The notes under the pieces: generated by a model
Told to the model about the DNA's origin: nothing
What the model saw: only the letters and a program-made list of their open reading frames with translations
Databases searched by the model: none
Program-made: the position numbers and the translations under genes
Origin: Actinomycetota bacterium
GTDB taxonomy: Bacteria > Actinomycetota > Acidimicrobiia > Acidimicrobiales > MedAcidi-G1
NCBI GenBank assembly: GCA_036123585.1
Contig: JAZADN010000047.1
Location: 17,375 to 81,374 of the forward strand
Direction: 5' to 3'
DNA length: 64,000 nt
In this document: positions 57,501 through 64,000 of the stretch, in pieces
How the letters are laid out: each line of letters opens with the position of its first letter
Position numbering within the stretch: position 1 is the stretch's first letter

Positions 57501-57686
57501 GACCCGGAGACGGGGAAGGTGATGTTGCTAAAGGACGGTAATTGGGGCCCGTATGTGACCGATGGCGAGTACAACGCGTCGTTGCAGCGGGGCGACGCCG
57601 TCGAGGAGTTGACCGACGAGCGGGCCGCTGAACTACTGGCCGAGCGCCGTATGAAGGGCCCGGCAAAGAAGAAAGGCCGGCGCTAA
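54567..57686 (+). CDS. topA: DNA topoisomerase I with an inserted UvrD-2B-like module in the C-terminal domain
   Basis: ALVIVESPAKAKTISGYLG Toprim start, YITYMRTDS active-site Tyr, and four GxxGPY C-terminal repeats (GKFGPYV, GRFGPYV, GPYGPYL, GNWGPYV). About 157 extra residues lie between repeats 2 and 3. Confidence 0.95.
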   Translation: MSRALVIVESPAKAKTISGYLGAGFVVESSIGHIRDLPMRASDVPAAYKDLDWAKTGVDVDNGFKPLYVVNADKKSQISQLKRLLKDADELYLATDEDREGEAIAWHLLEVLNPKVPVHRMVFHEITKSAITEALANTRELDTRLVDAQETRRILDRLYGYELSPVLWRMIGGGLSAGRVQSVATRMVVERERERMAFASADYWDLTCRLVTASGEGFTARLIEVDGRKVATGRDFDDAGRATGDVLVLDESAAGAVRRGFEGRPVVVDSVEPKPYRRRPAAPFTTSTFQQEAGRRLRLSASRAMHAAQGLYQKGYITYMRTDSTTLSDTAVRAARAEAKQRFGADHVPDAPRTYANKVRNAQEAHEAIRPAGDRFRHPDEVRGELPKSEADVYEMVWRRTVASQMSDTTGETVGLRLSGDLAADAASVGVRATVAASGTVIHHQGFRRVYEEATAEAARGGGGGTKTDSVAADDEAEERVLPAVSVGEAIDVAEVEVDGHRTKPPSRYTEASLVKGLEEHGVGRPSTYASIMETIQRKYVFKKGNALVPTLSAFAVTTLLERHFPRMVDYGFTASMEEDLDEIAAGRAESVPWLDAFYFGSDDDIGLKAKVTTRLGDIDPKGVSTVDLGATTDGEPVVARFGKFGPYVQVGEHTQSIPDDLPPDELSVERALEYLNAPADRELGTDPETGLVVVARSGRFGPYVSLGRPPDRPAPSSPEGRLMALPRNKKELKVALAYLRLAAGRLDLAAATAILNVPKRGIGKGAVDAVKDAVSTGRSVVEALRDAEGLGIKGKPLAGIGAFLALGEELHGLRDEGPAAVLEAAIERSGYGDELRADETGAARFENLEKLSEVVGAFEDLESVLDELDSQAGLDELPRPKTASLFETMTLERITFDDAMQLLSLPRTVGVDPADGAEVTVHNGPYGPYLKKGSDSRNIEKEEQLLTITLDECLSLLSQPKRRGRNTPKPPLKELGKDPETGKVMLLKDGNWGPYVTDGEYNASLQRGDAVEELTDERAAELLAERRMKGPAKKKGRR

Positions 57687-57766
57687 CTGGAGTCCCGCCC
57701 GAGGCTCGGTGTCACGAGGTGTCCTACGCCCCCAAGCAGGGGGGAAGGCTCCCGTAGAATGGCCGG

Positions 57767-59233
57767 GTGACCGAGGTGAACGGACCGGCGGGCGGGCTGC
57801 CCGGGGAGGGTCCCGGCGAGGCGACCGGTGGTCGGCCAGTCCCCGGTGACGAGTTCACGCCCTTTCTTCCAGTTGAGGGGCGGCCATCGCTGAGGGTTCG
57901 GCTGTTCGGGACGCCCGCTTTCTTCCGGTTGTGGATGGCTCAGGTGGTGTCGGCCACCGGCGACTGGCTAGGCCTGCTCGCCATCTCGATCCTGGCCATC
58001 CGGGTGGGCTCGGGCAACGAGGGTGCGGCTCTCAGCCTGGTCCTGGCCGCCCGCATTGTCCCCGGCTTCTTCTTCGGCCCAGTGGCCGGCGTGCTGGTCG
58101 ACCGGTGGGACCGCAAGCGCACCATGGTCACCTGCGACGTTGGGCGGGCCGCGGTGATGGTCGTTCTGCCGTTCGTGGACACGCTCATCGGTCTGTTCAT
58201 CGCTTCGCTGGTGCTCGAGGCACTAACCATGCTGTGGGGTCCGGCCAAGGAGGCTTCGGTCCCCCACGTGGTGCCGGAGGACCAGCTGGCTACAGCCAAC
58301 TCGCTGTCGCTTGTCGCCGCCTATGGGACGTTCCCCTTGGGAGCTGGCCTGATGGCCCTATTCGGACGGCTGTCCACGGCGCTGTTTGACTCGGCGTGGG
58401 CCGACAACATCCGGCTCGACGACATGGGCCTGGCGTTTTACGCCAACGCCCTCTCGTTTCTGGTCACCGGTTGGTTGATTCTCACCCTGAACCTGCCAAA
58501 GCGCCCCCGGGCCGAGAAGGACGAGGCACGTGGCCGGCGCCTTTCGCTCGACAACCCAATGGCTGAACTCCGTGAAGGTTGGCGGTTCGCCTTCGGGAAC
58601 CCAGTGGCCCGCACCGTCAATCTCGGCCTGGCCACCGGACTGATCGGCGGCGGAATGCTGGTGCCGCTGGGCGCCATCTATGCCGACGAAGTGCTGGGTG
58701 CCGGCAAGTCGGGCTTAGGTGTGCTCATCACCGCCCTAGGCCTCGGCGTGGCGTCCGGGGTGGGCTTGATCACCTGGCGGCAGAAGCACCTCGACAAAGC
58801 CCGCATGTTCACCGTGGCGCTGACCGGCGCGGGGATCTTCCTTGCCATGGCGGCGTCGATCAGCCAGGTCCACGCCTCGACGTCGATGGTCTTCTGTATC
58901 GGGATCTGTGCCGGCGGGGTTTACGTGCTCGGCTTCACTCTCCTGCATGAGACGGTCGACGACGAGCTCCGGGGTCGGATCTTTTCCACGCTGTACCTGC
59001 TGGTCCGGGGGTGCGTCCTGCTGGCCCTGGTGGTAGGGCCGCTCATGGAGGACCTGCTGGACCGCCTGTCCAGCGTGCTGTGGGACCGCCACGTGGAGGT
59101 GTTCGGCCTGGGCGTGAATGTGCCCGGGGTTCGCCTCACCCTTTGGCTGGCCGCCCTCATCATCTTGGCCTCCGGGGCGGTGGCTGCCGGCTCGCTGCGG
59201 GCCGGACTCCGTGATCGGGAGGAGGCTTCGTGA
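57767..59233 (+). CDS. MFS transporter
   Basis: 12 to 14 hydrophobic segments. The GVLVDRWDRKR loop motif is typical of enterobactin-exporter-like MFS proteins. Confidence 0.8.
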   Translation: MTEVNGPAGGLPGEGPGEATGGRPVPGDEFTPFLPVEGRPSLRVRLFGTPAFFRLWMAQVVSATGDWLGLLAISILAIRVGSGNEGAALSLVLAARIVPGFFFGPVAGVLVDRWDRKRTMVTCDVGRAAVMVVLPFVDTLIGLFIASLVLEALTMLWGPAKEASVPHVVPEDQLATANSLSLVAAYGTFPLGAGLMALFGRLSTALFDSAWADNIRLDDMGLAFYANALSFLVTGWLILTLNLPKRPRAEKDEARGRRLSLDNPMAELREGWRFAFGNPVARTVNLGLATGLIGGGMLVPLGAIYADEVLGAGKSGLGVLITALGLGVASGVGLITWRQKHLDKARMFTVALTGAGIFLAMAASISQVHASTSMVFCIGICAGGVYVLGFTLLHETVDDELRGRIFSTLYLLVRGCVLLALVVGPLMEDLLDRLSSVLWDRHVEVFGLGVNVPGVRLTLWLAALIILASGAVAAGSLRAGLRDREEAS

Positions 59234-59838
59234 CCGGACGGTTCATTGCCGTGGAGGGGGCCGACGGGACCGGAAAGTCCACCCAGGCCCGCCTGCTTGC
59301 CGAGCACCTCGATGCGGTCTTCACCCGGGAACCGGGGGGTACGCCGCTGGGTGAGCGCATACGCGCCCTGGTGCTGGACCCCGACGGCGACGGTCCGGTG
59401 GACCGGGCCGAGGCGCTGCTCATGGCGGCGGCCCGGGCCCAGCACGTGGAGCAGGTCGTGGCTCCGGCGCTGGCTGCTGGGCGTGATGTCGTATCGGATC
59501 GATTTGTGGCGTCGTCCATCGCTTACCAGGGACACGGAAGGGGCTTAGGCGCCAAGGAGGTGACCGAGGTCAACCGGTTCGCCACCGATGGCCTACGGCC
59601 CGACCTGGTGGTACTCGTGGTGCTGGAAGCTCCCCTGGCCGCCGATCGGCTGGGCGACGATGGGGACCGTGACCGGATCGAGCGGGCCGGCGATGATCTC
59701 CAGGCAGTGGTCGTGGACGCCTACCGGGGTATGGCTGTTGCCGACCCGGACCGCTGGGTGGTGGTCGATGGTTCGGGCTCTATCGAGGAGGTGGCGGCAC
59801 GGGTGGCCGCTGCCGTAGATGCCCGACTGGGAGCCTGA
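59230..59838 (+). CDS. tmk: dTMP (thymidylate) kinase
   Basis: FIAVEGADGTGKST P-loop. Confidence 0.9.
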   Translation: MTGRFIAVEGADGTGKSTQARLLAEHLDAVFTREPGGTPLGERIRALVLDPDGDGPVDRAEALLMAAARAQHVEQVVAPALAAGRDVVSDRFVASSIAYQGHGRGLGAKEVTEVNRFATDGLRPDLVVLVVLEAPLAADRLGDDGDRDRIERAGDDLQAVVVDAYRGMAVADPDRWVVVDGSGSIEEVAARVAAAVDARLGA

Positions 59839-60971
59839 TGGATGGGACCGGGTCCAGCCCAGCCTGCGTGGCCACCGAGGGTGCCCTCCTCGACGAGGAG
59901 GGACTATGGGCGGGTGTCGCCGGTCAGCCGGAGGCCGTAGCCCTGCTGCGTGCCGCGGTCGATGATCCGGTTCACGCCTACCTTCTGGTCGGTCCGACTG
60001 GAGCCGGTCGGGAACAGGTGGCCCGAGCGTTCGCCGGTTCGCTCTTCGCCGACGGCGTCGAAGATCCCCTAGCGGCCGGCCGCCATCGCTCCCTGGCCGC
60101 CGCGGGCCGCCATCCGGACCTGATGGTGGTCGAGCCGGAGGGACGCGCCCTGCTGGTCGCCGACGCCGAACGCATCACCGTGGCCGCTTGGCGCTCGCCG
60201 GTGGAGGTCAACCGGAAAGTCATCGTGGTCGATCGGTTCAACACCGCCGAGCCTGCCGCCGCGGCCAGCCTGCTCAAGACCATCGAGGAGCCGCCGGCCA
60301 GCGCGGTGTTCCTGCTCCTGACCGACGAGGTGCCGGAGGAGCACGTGACGGTGGCGTCGCGCTGCGTCCGGGTCGACGTCGGGCCCATTCCCGCCGGAGT
60401 GCTGGCCGACCTGCTGGAGGCCGAAGGGGTGGACGCCGGTCGGGCAGTCGACGTGGCCGAGGCGGCCGCGGGCAGTCTGGACCGGGCCCGCCTGCTGGCT
60501 AACGACCCGGCCGTGGTGGCTCGGCGAGACGCCTGGCGTTCGGTGCCCGACCGGCTCGATGGGTCCGGTGCGGCGGTGGCTGTCCTGGTCGGTGAACTGC
60601 GGGGCCTGATCGACGACGCCCAGATGCCGCTGGAGGCCCACCACCAGCGCGAGCTCGAGGAGCTGGCCGAGCGGGAGGAAGTGGTCGGGACCCGGGGGTC
60701 TGGCCGCCGCGAGCTGGCAGAGCGCCAACGCCGAGAGGTGCGTCGCCACCGCGACGATGAGCTCCGATTCGGCCTGGCCACCCTCAGCCGGGCCTATCTG
60801 GCCCGTGCCCAGCAGGGTGGTGGTAACGGAGATGCCGAGGATCCCGAGCGGCTGCTGGCGGCGACGACCCGCATCACCGAGGCCACCGGCGAGCTGGTCC
60901 GCAACCCGAACGAATCCCTGCTGCTCCAGGCTCTGCTCCTGGATCTGCCAGTTGGTACCGACCACAGTTGA
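59838..60971 (+). CDS. holB: DNA polymerase III subunit delta'
   Basis: HAYLLVGPTGAGRE AAA+ P-loop-like motif and LLKTIEEPP. Follows tmk as in many bacteria. Confidence 0.85.
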   Translation: MDGTGSSPACVATEGALLDEEGLWAGVAGQPEAVALLRAAVDDPVHAYLLVGPTGAGREQVARAFAGSLFADGVEDPLAAGRHRSLAAAGRHPDLMVVEPEGRALLVADAERITVAAWRSPVEVNRKVIVVDRFNTAEPAAAASLLKTIEEPPASAVFLLLTDEVPEEHVTVASRCVRVDVGPIPAGVLADLLEAEGVDAGRAVDVAEAAAGSLDRARLLANDPAVVARRDAWRSVPDRLDGSGAAVAVLVGELRGLIDDAQMPLEAHHQRELEELAEREEVVGTRGSGRRELAERQRREVRRHRDDELRFGLATLSRAYLARAQQGGGNGDAEDPERLLAATTRITEATGELVRNPNESLLLQALLLDLPVGTDHS

Positions 60972-61069
60972 GCACCTACTGGGCGTCTACGCACCCGGCG
61001 AGCCGCAGTTGGCCGTGGACACGGAGCTGATATGAACCTCATGGTGCAGGGCCATGACGGAGCATCCCG

Positions 61070-61834
61070 GTGATCGACCGGGACCGCCACCCGATCGAGG
61101 ACTCCGGCCACCGGAGGCGGTGCCGGGAGTCTCTCGACGCGGATGGGGCCCTGGTACTAGACGGCTTCTTCACCGCTGAGGCCGTCGCCCGGGTGGTGGC
61201 CGACTCCGCTTCCCGCCAGGACGAAGCCTTCTACGCCGACTCCACCCACAACGTGTATCTGACCGCCCCCGACCCGGACCTCGCCCACGGCCACCCGTTC
61301 AACCGGCAGGTGGCGTCCAGCAAGGGTCTGCTGGCCGACGACCAGGTGCCGGCCGACTCGCCACTTCGGACCGTCTACGACGACCCCGCCTTCCGGGACT
61401 TCCTTTGCGCTGTGCTGGGCATCGACGCCATCCACCCCTACGCCGACGACCTGTCGTCGATCAACGTGCACTTCGCCCCGGCGGGACGGGAGTTGGGCTG
61501 GCACTTCGACAACTCGTCATTCGCCGTCACCATGCTGCTTCAGGCCCCGGAGGGCGGTGGTCGTTTCGAGTACGTCCCCGCAGCCCGCCAATTGGAAACC
61601 GGTGACATGGGCTACGAGGTGGTCGATGCCGTCCTCGACGGTGCGCACCCCGTCAAAACTCTGGAGTTCGAGCCCGGGTCGCTGGTCCTCTTCCGGGGTC
61701 GTGACGCTCTGCACCGTGTGACACCCACCGAAGGGTCGGTGACCCGCCTGCTGGTGGTGTTCGCCTTCAACGACCAGCCTGGCGTAGGCCTGTCAGACTC
61801 AGCACTGCGAACCTTCTACGGCCGCACGGACTGA
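61070..61834 (+). CDS. Fe(II)/2-oxoglutarate-dependent oxygenase-like protein
   Basis: Candidate facial triad H-x-D (GWHFDN) plus distal His (DALHRV). Double-stranded beta-helix-like length. Confidence 0.5.
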   Translation: MIDRDRHPIEDSGHRRRCRESLDADGALVLDGFFTAEAVARVVADSASRQDEAFYADSTHNVYLTAPDPDLAHGHPFNRQVASSKGLLADDQVPADSPLRTVYDDPAFRDFLCAVLGIDAIHPYADDLSSINVHFAPAGRELGWHFDNSSFAVTMLLQAPEGGGRFEYVPAARQLETGDMGYEVVDAVLDGAHPVKTLEFEPGSLVLFRGRDALHRVTPTEGSVTRLLVVFAFNDQPGVGLSDSALRTFYGRTD

Positions 61835-61870
61835 ACCCTCCACGGGGGTGGTCAGGCGTCGAACCGACGC

Positions 61871-62701
61871 CTATTCGGGAGTCACGTAAGCAGCGGTCAG
61901 GCCGCCGTCGACGCTGAAGTCGGTTCCGGTCACGTAAGACGACTCGTCCGAGGCCAGAAACAGAGCGGCGGCGGCCATCTCGGCTGCCTCGCCGAACCGG
62001 CCCATGGGTACGTGCACCAGGCGTCGCTGCCGTTTCTCCTCAGTGTCGAGGTACGACATCAGAAGTTCGGTGCGCAGCGGTCCCGGGCACAGGGCGTTGA
62101 CCCGTATGCCCTCCCGGGCGTGCACGACCGCCAACTCACGGGTCATGGCCAGGACCGCACCCTTGGATGCCGTGTAGGCCAACTGAGGCGTGGCGGCTCC
62201 CACGAGGGCCACGAAGCTCGCTGTGTTCACCACCGACCCACCACCGGCTCGCCGCAGAGCCGGGATGCCGTGCCGGCAGCCGAACCAGACGCCCTTCAGG
62301 TTGACGTCCATGGTCCGGTCCCAGATGTCCTCCTCGGTGGACTGGGCGTCGCCGTCGTCAGCCAACATGATCCCGGCGTTGTTGAAGACCACGTCGAGGC
62401 GACCGAACGCCTCCTCGGCAGCGACCACAGCGGCTTCTACGTCGGCCTCTACGGCGACGTTCGCCGTGAACGCCACAGCCTCGCCTCCGGCCGCCGTGAC
62501 CTCGTGGGCCACCGCGGCCGCACCGTCGCCGTCAACGTCGACGGCGGCCACCATGGCTCCCTCAGCGGCGAACAGCAGCGCCGTCTCTCGACCGATCCCC
62601 GCGGCCGCACCTGTGATGAACGCCGCCTTCCCGGCCAGACGTCCAGAACCACTCGCTTCTGAAGTCCTGTTCACTAGTGGAGAGTTCCCTGCTGAAGACA
62701 T
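61871..62701 (-). CDS. SDR-family oxidoreductase
   Basis: ITGAAAGIGRE, NNAG, and YTASKGAV motifs. Confidence 0.85.
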   Translation of the reverse strand: MSSAGNSPLVNRTSEASGSGRLAGKAAFITGAAAGIGRETALLFAAEGAMVAAVDVDGDGAAAVAHEVTAAGGEAVAFTANVAVEADVEAAVVAAEEAFGRLDVVFNNAGIMLADDGDAQSTEEDIWDRTMDVNLKGVWFGCRHGIPALRRAGGGSVVNTASFVALVGAATPQLAYTASKGAVLAMTRELAVVHAREGIRVNALCPGPLRTELLMSYLDTEEKRQRRLVHVPMGRFGEAAEMAAAALFLASDESSYVTGTDFSVDGGLTAAYVTPE

Positions 62702-62873
62702 GCGACGAGCCTCCCACAGCCACGGTCCCTAGCGTCCGTGGACCGTCGTCCAGGGCCCCCTCGTCTCGAGCCACTCGGTTCTGGCAGGCTCGCGACGTGA
62801 TCCTGCCCGCGGTCCATCACCCACCGGGTGAGAAGCAGGTCGAACGCCTAGTGGAGGAAGGACAGGAGGACGG

Positions 62874-63740
62874 GTGACCACGAGGGTGACCATCACCGGG
62901 ACCGGCACACCGATCCCCACCCCCGACCGGGCAGGCCCTGGCGTCCTGGTTGAGGTGGAGCCGCAGACCGGCGAGACGGTCCGGGTCCAGTTCGACGCGG
63001 GAAGGAACACCGTCATGCGCCTGCAAGGCGCCGGCACCTCGCCGGGCGGGCTGGACGCGCTGTTCCTCACCCACCATCACTCCGACCACCTGGTCGGCGT
63101 CGACGACCTGCTTCTCACCCGGTGGGTGATGGACCGCGGGCAGGATCTCCCCGCCATCCGCGTGGTGATGCCCGCCGGACCGTGCGTCCGGTTCGTCGAC
63201 GGCCTCGCTGACCGTTGGTCCGAGGACCTCGCGGTGCGGGCCGAGCACGCCAAGTGGCGAAGCGGTCCCCAGGTCGACGTGCTGGCCTTCGGCTACCCGA
63301 CGTCACCGACCGAGGTGTGGCGGTCCGGCGACGTCCGGGTGCTGGCCGGCCAGGTCCGCCACGAGCCGGTGCACCCGGCAGTCGGCTACCGGATTGAGAC
63401 TCCTGACGGAGTGGTCGTGGTCTCCGGCGACACCTTGGTGTGCGAGGAGATGGCCGACCTGTCGGTAGGCGCCGACGTGCTGGTCTACGAGGCCATGCGC
63501 TTCTCGGAGATCCTGCGACTGCCCGAGCACCGACGGTTTATCGCCGACTACCACGCCGACACCGTCGAGATCGGGCGGCAGGCGGGGGAACTGCGGGTGC
63601 CCACTCTGGTGCTCACCCACCTCATCCCGCCGCCGGCGTCCGATGCAGAGGAGGAGGCCTTCGTGGCCGACGTCCGGTCGGGGGGCTACACCGGCGAGGT
63701 CGTGGTGGCCCGAGACCTCACGGCGGTGACGCTGGGCTGA
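62874..63740 (+). CDS. MBL-fold metallo-hydrolase (RNase Z/BN-like)
   Basis: Canonical LTHHHSDH motif. Confidence 0.75.
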   Translation: MTTRVTITGTGTPIPTPDRAGPGVLVEVEPQTGETVRVQFDAGRNTVMRLQGAGTSPGGLDALFLTHHHSDHLVGVDDLLLTRWVMDRGQDLPAIRVVMPAGPCVRFVDGLADRWSEDLAVRAEHAKWRSGPQVDVLAFGYPTSPTEVWRSGDVRVLAGQVRHEPVHPAVGYRIETPDGVVVVSGDTLVCEEMADLSVGADVLVYEAMRFSEILRLPEHRRFIADYHADTVEIGRQAGELRVPTLVLTHLIPPPASDAEEEAFVADVRSGGYTGEVVVARDLTAVTLG

Positions 63741-63819
63741 GCACGGCCACCGGCGCCTGCCCGTGGTGGAAGTGGCGCCGTCGGGCCAGCGGTACGGCCC
63801 GGCCGTTGGTGACGCAGGG

Positions 63820-64000
63820 TCACTTGTCGTGAAGGACGAACCGGACCCGCTTGAAGCCCTTCCCCTTCGATTCGGTCTTCACCACCTCGAAGCGGCCCAC
63901 TTGGCCGGTAGACGACACGTGGGTGCCCCCGTCGGCCTGCTTGTCGAGGCCCACGATGTCCACCACCCGGACCTCGGTGACCGACTCAGGGACCAGGTTG
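63820..64000 (-). CDS. AlaX-like Ala/Thr-tRNA editing-domain protein (only the C-terminal 60 codons are in the window)
   Basis: My own translation gives ...DKQADGGTHVSSTGQVGRFEVVKTESKGKGFKRVRFVLHDK-stop. This matches the GGTHV...G...KG tRNA_SAD C-terminal pattern. Confidence 0.5.
   Translation of the reverse strand, partial: NLVPESVTEVRVVDIVGLDKQADGGTHVSSTGQVGRFEVVKTESKGKGFKRVRFVLHDK

Overview
This is a visibly high-GC chromosomal core segment of actinobacterial type (GC not computed). The gene order dnaX-recR ... ask/asd ... topA ... tmk-holB resembles Mycobacterium-like synteny. I support about 70 protein-coding genes, 5 RNA genes (tRNA-Ser(CGA), tRNA-Ser(GGA), tRNA-Pro(CGG), tRNA-Sec(UCA), SRP RNA), one 33-bp tandem repeat and a few regulatory sites. 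I saw no transposase, integrase, CRISPR array, prophage or recognisable defence system. Many long ORFs in the six-frame track are antisense or wrong-frame artefacts of high GC and were rejected.

Main results:
1. Selenocysteine trait. selA, selB and selC (tRNA-Sec) are all in the window. A two-fragment ORF on the minus strand joins through an in-frame TGA into a 180-aa protein with a D-U-G-S-C redox motif (UGSC-family selenoprotein). A SECIS-like hairpin starts 11 nt after the UGA. The gene is translationally coupled to an uncharacterised 354-aa protein and an SDR oxidoreductase, with a divergent TetR gene. This is a candidate uncharacterised selenium-dependent redox operon.
2. DNA topoisomerase I carries a roughly 157-aa insertion in its C-terminal repeat domain that clearly resembles the 2B subdomain of UvrD/PcrA helicases.
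3. A phased array of four DnaA-box-like 9-mers sits in a lower-GC recR-mce intergenic region.
4. GlnR-box-like pentamers with 11-nt phasing lie between divergent glnA and glnII, next to a glnR-like regulator with a degenerate receiver domain.
5. An 8-Cys, 63-aa ORF leads the cbs-metB transsulfuration operon.
6. The SRP RNA lies on the strand opposite to dnaX, followed by a 33-bp tandem repeat upstream of tadA.

All functional calls rest on motifs I recognised by eye. No database search was run.
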